This document shows, in pieces, positions 35,792-48,551 of a stretch of 64,000 nucleotides of DNA. The position numbers and the translations under genes were made by a program. A model generated the notes under the pieces. It saw nothing but the letters and a program-made list of their open reading frames with translations, did not search any database and had not been told where the DNA came from. Every line of letters begins with the position of its first letter. Position 1 is the first letter of the stretch. This stretch comes from Dendrobates tinctorius (lineage: Eukaryota), in the NCBI RefSeq assembly GCF_039654945.1, contig NW_027361763.1, positions 28,334,001 to 28,398,000 of the forward strand, given 5' to 3'.

Positions 35792-38700
35792 ATGTTGTAT
35801 ACTAACCACTCCTTTCTCGTTTCAGGGAACAGAATTGTGAATCGGTGGCGGTCTGTGAGGGATCGTTTCAAGAAGGAGTTCAATAAAGAGATGCGGGCCC
35901 CGAGTGGATCTGGAGGACGCAGGAGCAAGTACAAGTACGCACAAGCCCTGTCGTTCCTCCGGGAAACAATGGTCACTAGAAGGTAAATATTACACACCAC
36001 ATGTGAAAAAAAATGTTAGATGTAACTTTTTTTTTTCAGCCAGGGCCATACCATGTCAGTATTTTAATTGTTTTTTTTTCTCTTTATTCCACAGCACGGT
36101 GAGCAGCACTCGGGAGCCTGCACGATTGGACCCTTCTGAGGCGATCCCTGAGGAGACCGGCACCGAGGGACACTTCGACCGCCCCGGTACATCTGCACCT
36201 TCCCAGCCTTCCCACACATTCGACCCATCTGTCCCATCCACCAGCACAGGAGCATCGTGGCCGCCTACATTACATGAAGCTGCTGGTGAGGAGATCGCTT
36301 TCCCTTTACCCCACCCTTCTGCCCCTGCCACCTCTAGTACACCTGCGGGTACTGGGCGGCAGCGGCAGAGGGGTCAGGAAAAGAGTTATGCGCCAGAGTT
36401 CTTGCATCTGAATGCATCTTTCCAGAACTGTCTAAAAGTCTTGTCAGAGCAAATCTCCGCAGGCTTTCAGCAGATCAACTCCAGCATTCTGGAGGTGAAG
36501 ACACTTCTGCAAACCATGCATTCAGAAGCAAGACCTTCGCCAAACCACACCTTTTTCAGGTCTGTTGTGGAGCGCATGGCAACACTATCTCCTACCCAGC
36601 AGATGCATGTAATGCATTCGTGCCACGGTGCTCTACAGCAGGTTACCTCCCAACCTCCACCTCCCACCACTGTAGTTCCTCCACCTGCACCCCCTCCAGC
36701 CACTTTCCATCCTCCCCCTCCTATTACATCTGCACCCCCTCCAGCCACTTTCCATCCTCCCCCTCCTATTACATCTGCACCCCCTCCAGCCACTTTCCAT
36801 CCTCCCCCTCCTATTACATCTGCACCCCCTCCAGCCACTTTCCATCCTCCCCCTCCTATTACATACCAGCAACCTCACCAGTACCAGCAACCTTCCCAGT
36901 ACCAGCAACCTCCCCAGTACCAGACATCTCCCCACTTCCAGCAACCTGCCCCGTACCAAACTCCTTCCCCGTACCAAACTCCTTCCCCGTACCAAACTCC
37001 TTCCCCGTACCAAACTCCTTCCCCATACAACTTTCCATCAACATCATCTGCTCCTACAGTCCCTGCCCAACCCTCCACTCCACCGCCCACCACCTCTTCT
37101 GCCTCCCACATGTCCACCCATTCTGTAGCTTTTTCCACACCATCACCTCTAACTGTTCCTTCCCCACCACGATCCCAGTCCTCTCTCCACACTCCCATTG
37201 TCGAAGTGTCCCGCAGCCCCTCCAGCAGTATTTCCACCCTACACTACACCGAGTTATAATGTTTTTTTTGTAATAAAAATGCCCATTTGGTTGGTTTCAA
37301 ACCTTTATTAAAAAAGTTTTTTTAACTTTAAAAACAGTTTACACAAAAAAATATTTTAAATAAAAGTTAAATTATTGTTTACACTGGTTGTCTGTCATTT
37401 CTTTCTGCGGCGAAATATGTTTAAAAAAAAGGTTAAATACAGGGTATTTAAAAGGTAAAAAGGTATTCAAAACCAGGTATATAACTGTGGGTAAATTTTA
37501 GCTTTTTGACACAGTTGTGTTCCTGGTTGTGTTTGAAGCAAAGTATTTCACCTGAAAAGTTGTGTTTATTGTTGGTGATTTCCTAACAATGTACACAACT
37601 TTTGTTAAAAGGTGAAATACTTTGCATAAAACACAACCAGGTACACACCTGTGGCCTAAAGGTAAAAATAGTAAGACCATGACAAGATAGCCAACTTTGG
37701 TTGGCAAAGGTATATACTGTTGGTACAGAAGGTACACAAGTTTGGTTAGGGCACAAATCTTTCACACTCTGTCATCCTGCCAGTGTACTCTGCCTTGAGG
37801 TGACAAAGTATAGTGCAAAATTGTCCCTCAAACCGTCACAGAACTTCTAGTGGTAATATTTCCAATGACAACATCCATCTTCGCCAGTAACTTGCTCTTC
37901 TCTCCAACCTGCACTTTCTTCTCTACAACCTGTCAAAGAAGGGCTGTAGGAACATGCTATATCTAGTTTTCCAGTAGCCAATCCCGTTCGGAAGGCCACA
38001 AGGGTCAATTTTAAAAACCAGATCCGGCGTAATCCGTCGAAAAACGGATAGAAAAACGGATGAACCGGATGAGACGGATCCGGTTTTGTCTGTCAAGAAC
38101 AAGACGGATCCGGCAGAAAACCGGATCCGGCACATCAGGTTTTACAAAACATTTGCCGGATCCGGCATTCCGGCACGACGCCGGATCGCGCCTGACGCCG
38201 AAAACCTGATGTGTGAAAGTAGCCTTAGATGTAACATTCTGCTGTGTCCGGTGAAACATATTTTGAGTAAGATGAGGGCATTAAACTTTGTCCAAGAAGG
38301 CCAAAAAACATAAATTAGCACACACATTATGAACATAGAGAATGTGGCTGTGTAGTACATACCGTATTGTGAGTAGAAGTCACTCCTCTGCAGATATGGC
38401 TTTGCGCATCCTTGTGTCCTGAAAGGTTATCCCAGGGTGCACTGTCTCCAAGAGTTGATCAAATGTGGAAATGCTCATGCGACAGTACTGGTAAAATTTC
38501 TCCGGATGCTCCCGCAGAGAAGAATAGAGGCGGTGAAAATGCCCTCTTGTGAGTCGTTGCCTCAAAAGTGGATGGACCCACATGCGTCTCCTCCTCCGCG
38601 GATCCACTATCACAAGATATGGTTGCCCAAAGCGCCGTGACAAAAGCCAGGTAAAGAGAACCTGCTCAGTTGTATTGAATCGCAAACCCTCTGCCATGCT

Positions 38701-39892
38701 GCACAAAGAACACCAACACACCTCGTGAAAGCAAGGTGACAAATGTACAGAATGTAGGCAGCCACCTGTTTCTGAGTGTCTAAATAGGGTGCAGGCTAAT
38801 GATTTAAATTGCTTGCAGGCCTCAAAACCGTTAAATGTCCATTTTGCAAGGCTGCGAGAAAATCTCACCATACGGATGCCACACTGATTACATACGGATG
38901 CAGACATGCGCAAAATACGCGACCTCACCTTGCTTACGGATGACCTACGGAGCACTATTTAGTAGTCATTCATCCGTATTACGCAAGTAAACTACAGACC
39001 GTATTTTGCGCAGATTAGTGTGACTCCAGCCTATTATTCTCCTTCCATTCAGCACTTGACCCATCCAATTGAACATTTTCACTGCCCCCAGACCCCTTTC
39101 CAGGGTTTGACAGAAAAAAGCTTGAATTTCACATTGACTCCCATTATACTCATTACTCGAAACGAGCACTTTAGTCCTCGCTCATCTCTAGTCTCAAGTA
39201 ATTCCAGCCAGAGCGCCCCTATAATGATGAGCTTCATCCCCAACATCCCTGTAATTTCTACGGTCATTTTTCTGCTAGAAAGTCAAGTCCAGGAGACTCC
39301 TGTGGTGTCTGCTCCTCCTCAGTGTAGAGCCATTGGCCGGGTGTGGACCTTCCACTTCAGAGCTGCATGGTAACAAGTTTCATTCCCCGGGGCTGATAAT
39401 GACTGACCTGATAACAAGGGGGCTCTTATGGCCTTGTATGAACAGAAGAACCACCCTGAGGTCCACTGTACCCGAGGCAAATCTAACATCTATACAGCTT
39501 TAGGGCGGTTTCACACATCCAGATAATTCTGGTAGGCCGGGGTCACACTGGCGAGGAATACGGCCGAGTGAGAGGCGCTAAAAGCACGCATTAGACACGG
39601 ACCAATGAGTCTCTATGGGGTCCCTCGCACCAGCCGTATATTTCTCATCCGTATTCTACGGACCGTGCCAATCGCAGCATGCTGCGATTGTCAGCGTACT
39701 ACGGCCGTAATACGCCAATGCAAGTCTATGGGTGCGCAAAAAATACGGATTACACACGGACCACACATGTGACTTGCGAGAAATACGCACCAGGTGTCTT
39801 TTAGCAAAGCCGGCAATTCAGTGCACGATACAGTAAACTCACACTGACAGGTTTAATAAAGAAATGAAAGAATAGATATAGACACATAGAAT

Positions 39893-39941
<49 letters not shown>

Positions 39942-39945
39942 TACA

Positions 39946-41162
39946 CACTCACTGGCCACTTTATTAGGTACACCATGCTAGTAAGGGGTTGGACCCCCTT
40001 TTGCCTTCAGAACTGCCTCAATTCTTCGTGGCAGAGATTCAACAAGGTGCTGGAAGCATTCCTCAGAGATTTTGGACCATATTGACATGATGGCATCACA
40101 CAGTTGGCGCAGATTTGTCGGCTGCACATCCCTGATGCGAATCTCCCGTTCCACCACATCCCAAAGATGCTCTATTGGATTGAGATCTGGTGACTGAGGA
40201 GGCCATTTGAGTACAGTGAACTCATTGTCATGTTCAAGAAACCAATCTGAGATGATTCGAGCTTTATGACATGGCGCATTATCCTGCTGAAAGTAGCCAT
40301 CAGATGTTGGGTACATTGTGGTCATAAAGGGATGGACATGGTCAGCAACAATACTCAGGTAGGCTGTGGCCTTGCAACGATGCTCAATTGGTACCAAGGG
40401 GCCCAAAGAGTGCCAAGAAAAAATTCCCCACACCATGACACCACCACCACCAGCCTGAACCGTTGATACAAGGCAGGATGGATCCATGCTTTCATGTTGT
40501 TTACGCCAAATTCTGACCCTACCATCCGAATGTCGCAGCAGAAATCGAGACTCATCAGACCAGGCAACGTTTTTCCAATCTTCTACTGTCCAATTTCGAT
40601 GAGCTTGTGCAAATTGTAGCCTCAGTTTCCTGTTCTTAGCTGAGAGGAGTGGTACCCAGTGTGGTCTTCTGCTGCTGTAGCCCATCTGCCTCAAAGTTCG
40701 ACGCACTGTGCGTTCAGAGATGCTCTTCTGCCTACCTTGGTTGTAACGGGTGGCAATTTGAGTCACTGTTGCCTTTCTATCAGCTCGAACCAGTCTGCCC
40801 ATTCTCCTCTGACCTCTGGCATCAACAAGGCATTTCCGGCCACAGAACTGCCGCTCACTGGATTTTTTTTCTTTTTCGGACCATTCTCTGTAAACCCTAG
40901 AGATGGTTGTGCGTGAAAATCCCAGTAGATCAGCAGTTTCTGAAATACTCAGACCAGCCCTTCTGGCACCAACAATCATGCCACGTTCAAAGGCACTCAA
41001 ATCACCTTTCTTCCCCATACTGATGCTCGGTTTGAACTGCAGGAGATTGTCTTGACCATGTCTACATGCCTAAATGCACGGAGTTGCCGCCATGTGATTG
41101 GTGATTAGAAATTAAGTCTTAACACACAGTTGGACAGGTGTACCTAATAAAGTGGCCAGTGA

Positions 41163-41165
<3 letters not shown>
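39946..41165 (-). mobile_element. Tc1/mariner DD36E (Incomer-type) element, 1220 bp
   Basis: Perfect 29-bp TIRs CACTCACTGGCCACTTTATTAGGTACACC; inserted in a (TA)n tract. Confidence 0.93.
39978..41018 (-). CDS. Intact Tc1-family transposase, 346 aa, DD36E
   Basis: Paired HTH N-terminus; WSDES, QQDNA and SPDLNPIE motifs; 36 residues between the second D and the E. Confidence 0.92.
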   Translation of the reverse strand: MGKKGDLSAFERGMIVGARRAGLSISETADLLGFSRTTISRVYREWSEKEKKSSERQFCGRKCLVDARGQRRMGRLVRADRKATVTQIATRYNQGRQKSISERTVRRTLRQMGYSSRRPHWVPLLSAKNRKLRLQFAQAHRNWTVEDWKNVAWSDESRFLLRHSDGRVRIWRKQHESMDPSCLVSTVQAGGGGVMVWGIFSWHSLGPLVPIEHRCKATAYLSIVADHVHPFMTTMYPTSDGYFQQDNAPCHKARIISDWFLEHDNEFTVLKWPPQSPDLNPIEHLWDVVEREIRIRDVQPTNLRQLCDAIMSIWSKISEECFQHLVESLPRRIEAVLKAKGGPTPY

Positions 41166-41227
<62 letters not shown>

Positions 41228-42162
41228 TCTATATATATGCATTCTATGTGTCTCTATCTATTCTTTGGTTTCTGTTTAGAAACCCTGTCATAGGGCTCCA
41301 TTATACGTCCATTTTGCAAGCCTGCGAGAAAATCTCGCCATACGGATGCCATACGGATTACATACAGATGCTGACATGCGCAAAATACGCAACCACACCT
41401 TGATTACGGATGACATACGGAGCACTGTTTAGGGGTCTGTCATCCGTATTACGCATGTAAAATACTGACCGTATTTTGCGCAGGTTAGTGTGACTCCAGC
41501 CGTACCGGAAAAACCGGTACCGGAGCTGTCTGTATGTCCATGTGGATACGTAGGCCATCCGTGTGTGATCCGTGTGCTCTCCGTATGTCCGTGTGTACCA
41601 TTCGTGTGTGATCCGTATGCTGTCCGTGTAGTGAAATAATTGGTTTCAATATTAACCCTATGACTCCTGAAAACGCACACGGATGGCACACGGACAGCAT
41701 CCGTGTGCGGTACGTGTTTACACGGACCAATTGACTTGTATGGGTCCGTGTGATCCGTTCTGTTGCAAAAAAACGGACAGGTCAGCGTATTTTGCACACG
41801 GACACACGGTCCATGAAAACACGCTGACATCTGCATAGACACACATTCTAATGAGTGTGTCTGTGTGTGTCAGTGTCTCTGGTACGTGAGAAAACTGTCA
41901 CTACACGTACTGGAGCCACTGACGTGTGAAACCGGCCTTACTGAGCCCTTCACTCCCCAAATGTATGGAGACCTCTATTGTGCACTGATTGCTACAACTA
42001 GGAGGAACCTTTTTAATGCCTTTTTTTTTTTTTGGGAGGGGGGGGTGGTAAGGTGGGGTGTAAAAGTATATTGGTAAGATTTATATCTTTATAAAAGCTG
42101 CTCAATAACTACATTTTAAAAAGAGTTTAACCCCTTCATCTCTGGCCATTTTCCGTTTTTCA

Positions 42163-43068
42163 GGCTGTTTGCCCACGTATCGATTTTTAAGCGTTTTTGC
42201 CGCAATTTTCGGCGCGAAAACGCTGCAAAAATGTTTAAAAATTGTGTACAGAACGCCCCCCATGCATTCCTATGGTATTCCGCACATGCTGTGCTTTTTT
42301 CTGTGGTGGAATCGCATTGCGGAAAAAAAAAAAATCGCAGCATGGTCATTCTTTTGTGCGGAATCGCAAAGAATTGCCGCAATTCCGCACCCATAGGAAT
42401 GCATGAGAATCGATGACTTCCCGCATGTGGCTATGCCCACCATGCGGGAAGTTAAGCGTCTCATGTGCGGTTGGTACCCACGGTGTGGAGGAGAGGAGAC
42501 TGTCCTCCAGGCCCTGGGTACCATACCCCTGTAAAAAAAAAGAATAAAAAATAAAAAAAAAATCGGGGTATATTTACCTTCCGACGTCCCGCGCTGCATT
42601 CCCGACCTCAGCGTTCCCAGTAATGCCTTGCGGCAAGGTCCTGTGATGACGTGATCTCGCGAGATCGCTATAGTAACGCGAGACCAACGTCATCACAGGT
42701 CTCGCAAGGCATTACTGGGAACGCTGAGGCCCGGGATGGCAGCGCGGGACGTCGGAAGGTAAATATACCCCGATTTTTTAATAATTTTTAACATTTTATC
42801 TTTTACTACTGATGCTGCATAGGCGGCCTCAATAGTAAAAAGCTGCTCACACTTGTCAAACACTATGTTTGACGAGTGTGACCAACCTGTCAATCACATT
42901 CCAAGCGATGCTTCAAATCGCTTGGAAAGGGCTTGAGAAAATTGCGGCAAAATCGCGAACAGAATCGCGGTAAAATAGCGGTTAAATCGTGCGGAAAAAC
43001 CCGCGCGATTTCTGGGAAGGAGTCCGGTTTTCAATGTGTATTTTAAAAAACTACGTGGGCACATAGCC
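42163..43068. mobile_element. Harbinger-type non-autonomous element, 906 bp, with central palindrome; only in the copy 2-3 spacer
   Basis: TIRs GGCTGTTTGCCCACGTA / TACGTGGGCACATAGCC; TCA TSD; empty TTTTTCACTCTCC in the other units. Confidence 0.9.
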
Positions 43069-44312
43069 TCACTCTCCTTCCCAGAGCCACCATATTTTTC
43101 GGATTTTTCTGCCTACATGGCCGTGTGAAGGCTTTTTTTTTTTTTTTTTTTGTAGGAGTATTTGCACTTTTGAGGAGCATCAATGATTGTACCATATATT
43201 GTAACTTAAAAAAAAAAAACAGAAATAAAATCCAGCTGCTGTGAAATTGGAAAAAAAAAAAAAAGTGCAATTTCTCAATTTTTTTTTTTTACCCTGTTCA
43301 CTAAATGTTAAAACTGACCCCGCATTATGATTCTCCAGCTCATTACAAGTTCGCAGACGCCGAAGATTTATAAGTTCTTTTTTTTTTTTTATTTAAGTGG
43401 TGAAAAAAATCCAAAATTTGTTAGCTTATGTTGCGGTGACCAAACAAAAAAAAAGTAATTCTGAAGTCTATTAATATTTTTTGCACTATGCCGTTTATTG
43501 ATCAGTATAATTCTTTTTATATTTTGATAAAATCGGCCGTTCCTTATACCAATTTTTATTTTTTTATTGTTTTATTTTGAATGGGCAAAACTTAAATATG
43601 TTTAAAAACTTTTTTTTCTACTTTGAAATTAGCTGTCATGTGCTGGAGAAGATGTCAGCTCAGCGCCGGAGCCCGCATTAAAGTGGAAGACACGACTTAA
43701 AACGTTTTTAGGAGTGATAAGCATTACAGTGAGACACTTGAGAACTAGTGAAGAGCGAACATCCTGGGGTAACGTGTTATCGAGCATGCTCAGGTTGTTA
43801 TCTGAGTATCTTGGGCGTGCTTGAATAATATGTTCGAGTCCCCGGGGCACCATTTGTTGCGGCTTTTAGACAGCAGCCACACATGCGGGATTTCCTGTTT
43901 GTGTGTTGCGACTGTCTAACAGCCGCGAGACACTTGCAGCGATGGGGACTCCAAACATATTATTCGAGCACACCCAAGATACTCGGGTAGCACCTCAGCA
44001 TGCTCAATAACACGTTATCCGAGGACATTCGCTCATCAATAATGAGAACTAATTCTAAGAGAAGAGATTGACCACAAAAAGATAATTTGGTAATATAAGT
44101 ATAAAAAGGTTTTATTTAAAAGTGTAGAATAAATACCAGTATAAAACATCTGATTTAAATAAAATAAACAAAATATAAAAATTGCACTGGTCCTTCACGA
44201 GCCACCATAGGGGCTGACATGTATCATAGAACATTGCGCTGGGAACCCTGTCTGAGTCATATGCCTGTCTGACTCTTCTCTAATAGTCCAGAGAAGATAA
44301 AGTGGTGGAGAA

Positions 44313-45460
44313 CTACTGATCCACTTCTACCTCATCCTGTCCTTCAATCTTGGTGGGGTCTAGGGATGGTGGTTCTTCGGGAAGGACTCTAAATTTTGGC
44401 AGCGTGGCATTCTTCTGTTCCAGACTTTGCTTTCTCCACTTAATCCGGCGGTTCTGGAACCAGACCTTCACCTGTGAAGAAAGGAGAAGACGTTGTTGAT
44501 AACTGGGATCTGGCAAATATGTGAAACTCTTTAGTTACATCACAGTGACCCAAATTATGAGTGTGAATATATATTGGAAAATTAGAAAGCAAATGTGTTC
44601 AGCTAAAAAAAAATACATTGTCAAACCAAAAAGGGCTCAAGTTGAACAACAGTTACAAAGAGCATGTACCGGCTCTTACCTGGGTTTCTGTGAGGCCAAG
44701 TGTGGCAGCCAAGTCCACCCGCTCTGTCCCCACCATATACTGCTGCTTTACGAATTCCTTCTCCAGCCTTTCCAGCTGTTCTGGAGTGAAAACTGTCCTA
44801 AATCTCTTCAGCTTGTGGGATCCTGTGTTGCAGGGCAGAGATCCTATTGGGCAGTTGGTGAAGGACGAATAACCTGGAAGAAGCAGAAGGTGGCGCTGTC
44901 AGAGAAAGAAAGAAAGAAAGACGCTCCTTGGACTGGAGAGCACAGACCTACAACTTCTCATAGTGAGATTCAAGATAACTATTCTGATGTGAGAAATACA
45001 AGTCTCAGCAATTCTTATCCTGAAGAACAAAAATCCACATCTCTCCTGATATAACCAACTGTTTGTAGAGATATTATTAGCACCAAAAACTAATTATTAG
45101 ATAGAATTAATATAGCATAAGGAGTGTGGACTCACCTCTGTGGCTGCACAGGGGGTCTGGACATCTGCACCCTCCGCTGAAGTGCTGCTGGGGTTGGACA
45201 TAGCCAGGGAAGGCTGCAGGTTGGCAGAGCCACACTGGAGAGTAGGACATGGCCCCATAGGTATAGCCATGGGGTGCAGGGGGCATCTGCCAGACGGGTT
45301 CCTGCACAATGACTCGGGGAGCCCGTCTGTCCTCCCTGGACAATATCGAGTCTATATCAAAGGCGTTCCTTGGTCTTGTCTGGTCCCGCATGGCCGCTGG
45401 CAGAGCAGGAGTCTGATCCAAATGGTGGCCAAGCCTTGGGAAGATGGGAGTAGGCTGCAT
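44313..45460 (-). CDS. noto: Not homeobox protein, copy 3; exons 45460-45136, 44873-44680, 44471-44313; HD V21/Q23
   Basis: Intact splice sites and frame; homeodomain reads ...EKEFVKQQYMVG... Confidence 0.93.
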
Positions 45461-48316
45461 GATGGCTGCGAGAAGGGAAAGTATCCTCAGGTGATTAGAA
45501 GTTCCAGGAGCAGGTGATCTCTGCTGGAGAATGTAGGGTCCTGAGCTCTGAGCCTCCTTATATCCAGATCTGGGCTCTGTGAAATGCAAATACACTATTA
45601 GCATGCCAATAGCCCAGAGCAGAGATCAGCACTGAGTCGAGGAGTGGGCTCGGCACACAGACCCCACACTGCCCCCGAGAGGAGAGGAAATGGCCACGGA
45701 GCAAAGCTTCCTACAGCCTCCCCCAGCTGGCCCCAAAATCCAGGGGACGCAGGACACCTGTAATGAATCCATAATTAGCGGGAATCGTGTGATGAGTGTA
45801 ACTATATCTATATATCCACGTGTCTATATACCGACCTGTGATCCACCCGTCCACGGGGCGCAGGATTCTGTTATCTGCTCATCTATGTATACAGCTCATA
45901 TTTAGCTGGTAGTTATTAATGGATCTCATATTTCACTGATTATCCACTTATCTATGTATCTAACTCTACATCTCAGATATTTATTATCTATCATGTTTAT
46001 CTGTCTATTTATCTCATAACTGTTATCTACTTATTTATGTATCGATCTCCTATTTATTTATTGTTCTACACCGGCAGAAATAGAAATAATGGATGGATAG
46101 AAACTAGATAAAGATGGACTTTATAGGATGTGAGAACAATCTATAGAATGGCTTTAAAAGGCTAATTATTATTATTATTAATTATTATTATTATTATTAT
46201 TATCATTGTTATTATTTATTATTATAGATAGATTCTATATAATTATCTCCAGATCTCCGGCCCCCGCTATCAGTAGCCGCCTAATATCCTCTGAGGGCAG
46301 CGCCCCCGTGTGTCTCCATATCTGCTGTTCTCGCCGGTCCTGGTAATTACAGAGAATTGCTCTAATGATACATTACACTGAGGAGAGATCCCCAGATCTC
46401 AGGAGATCTCCAGGACCAAAACACCGAGCAAGAGGCACAAAGTCGCTTTCTACATTGGTGAGGCGCGAAATGTGTAATAACCGGACATTAGACAGATCCA
46501 TAATGATCTCCTCTCTGCTGCCAGGGTGGGCTCTCCTGGGGTCATACCGGGGTCCAGCTCCGAGCCCCTTATATTAGGGATTTTTTAGGGACATATTTTC
46601 CATTTCTCTTTATATTCATCCATCTCTTACTTTCTAAATAAATTTCATCATTGAAACATTTTTAGTAAATTGTGAAATATCTTTTTTATTTTCTCATTTT
46701 CAAAGTAAAATTTTTCCTCCTTTATTCTCCCAGACAATAGATGATTGTACAATGTGACACTTACATTTTATTTCTGTTGTATACATTCAGTAGACGACTT
46801 GGAAACAATCAAGCTTTTCACTGGTTTTCTTTTTGCTCCAGTTTTGCTATTTTTTTTCTTATGACAGAGATCTGATATTTTTTACATTTTCACTTTGACA
46901 ATGTCTTTACACGTATAAGGCTGTGTGCACACGTAATTGGAAATGCTGCGGATTTTGAAAAATCCACAGGTCAAAATACCTGCAGTTTAGCCCTGCGGTT
47001 TCATACCTCACAATGGTGAAGGTGTGAAACCGCAGCGGAATCCGCACCAAGAATTGACATGCTGCGGATTGTAACCCACGGAAAAATCTGCAGCATGTGC
47101 ACAGCGTTTTTGGTTTTACCATTGAAAACAATGGTACTGTACAACACAGCAGAATCTACACCGTGTGCACAAAGCCTAAGTGACTGGGTTTAATAACAGA
47201 GGTGACGTTGTTTCATTTTTATTCCACTTTTCCCCTCATTTTCATGTCCTTCCTACTTTTTACACTTTTTTTGCTTTACTTGGATTATTGATCATTTTTT
47301 ATAGCAAGTCACTAGTTTTGCTTTTTGTTCCAGTGAAGTTTTTTCTTTTCTTTCTTATGTCCTTTCCATTTAACACATATTTCCTCTCTCTTTGTATCGC
47401 TGTCTTCAGTATAATTAATCTCCTGATAACACCAACAAAGGTCAAACTACTCAAATAAAAAACAGCATCAATTACATAACAATAAAAATACAAACAATTA
47501 CAAAACTGCAGTAAAGGGGGTAAGTGTGTACAGAGCCTGAAGTGGTAATTCATGATCTGTATATCTCATTTCATGTAGCCTAAACATCACGGTATAATAT
47601 CAATGTGTTCCGTCTTCCATGGAGAGACACAGTAGAAATAGAAGTAATGCGCATACAAAATACAAGTCGTCAGACCCCTCAGGAGAATCACAAAACATCT
47701 CCAGCTTTTATTACCTTTATTTGGGTAGTTTGATCTTTGTTGGCGTTTTCTGTTATTCCTTAAAACTCCCGCCCATTAGCTGCTGCCCCAGAATTGTTTA
47801 ATTAATTCTTCTCTTGGTTAGACATTGGGCTGCTCCGACCCCTCATCTCCATACAACGTGTAAGTCTGCATGTGTAGCCCATTCACTATTTCCATCCATC
47901 CCTCACTCCATCAGGATGGCCGGGCCATCATTGTAAATACACACCTTGGCGCTATATAAAGATTATTATTATTATTATACAATGAGGTGTGATTGGATAA
48001 TTAGAGGAGATCTGATTAATCAGTGTCATCTTCTTCTCCTGGTCGGTGTCTGCTGTTTCTCACCTCGGCCGAGACGGAGGACAATCTCGGTCACTGTAAG
48101 AGATGAAGATGGTGGCAGCTCCGGTGGCTCCAGCCCAACAATCCACATTTGGTGACAGTTCCTCCATTGTTCTGTGGGAACCCTTGTGCTCCACATATTG
48201 TTCTCAGTTTGACATTTTTCTTTCCTCTTATTCCAGTTCTGATCCTTTATAATGTGATTATTCCGATCATGAAATCACTTTTTCCTTTATCTAAGCATCA
48301 ATCCTCCTTATATAAC

Positions 48317-48551
48317 ACCAATCCTCCTCAGATCTCACCGATCCTCCTCAGATCTCACCAATCCTCCTCAGATCTCACCAGTCCTCCTCAGATCTCACCA
48401 GTCCTCCTCAGATCTCACCAGTCCTCCTCAGATCTCACCAGTCCTCCTCAGATCTCACCAGTCCTCCTCAGATCTCACCAGTCCTCCTCAGATCTCACCA
48501 ATCCTCGTCAGATCTCACCAGTCCTCCTCAGATCTCACCAGTCCTCCTCAG
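48317..48551. repeat. 20-bp minisatellite, ~11.5 copies
   Basis: Visible 20-nt period. Confidence 0.95.

Larger units (their letters stand above)
30048..37259 (+). pseudogene. Harbinger B MADF/BESS-like protein; exons 30048-30149, 30221-30295, 30431-30514, 30610-30813 joined to 35625-35631, 35826-35982, 36095-37259; disrupted by the 4.8-kb insert
   Basis: All junctions GT-AG and in phase. LIDLVREREPLW...RRLWEEIC...RAQF|LER|NRIVNRWRSVRDRF is continuous once the insert is removed. Confidence 0.82.
29369..38224 (+). mobile_element. Harbinger transposon B (MADF gene only, no transposase seen) inside intron 1 of the Harbinger A transposase
   Basis: ~45-bp TIRs GGC(CT/TA)CTTTCACACATCAGGTTTTCG(C/G)CGTCAGGCGC; subterminal CCGGATCCGG arrays; flanks TAA/TTA (imperfect TSD). 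Confidence 0.88.
20285..38697 (-). pseudogene. Harbinger A DDE transposase (HARBI1-like); exon 1 38697-38363 (internal TGA at 38380-38382); exon 2 from 29224, split by the hAT element, resuming at ~20811
   Basis: WVHPLL, GHFHRLY, RMSISTF, FLSTG, GKSTIS, GALDGKH, YFSVVLLALVD|IGAYG, VADEAF, RARRLVECSFG motifs. Confidence 0.9.
17182..39031. mobile_element. PIF/Harbinger transposon A (~4.9 kb after removing nested inserts), with convergent MADF and transposase genes
   Basis: TIRs GGCCGGAGTCACACT / AGTGTGACTCCAGCC; TAT TSD; flanks rejoin the array unit sequence. Confidence 0.92.
39535..41501. mobile_element. Non-autonomous relative of Harbinger A (~745 bp without the Tc1), nested in the 441-bp MITE
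   Basis: Ends similar to those of element A over ~200 bp each; GTA TSD; empty site in the other units. Confidence 0.9.
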
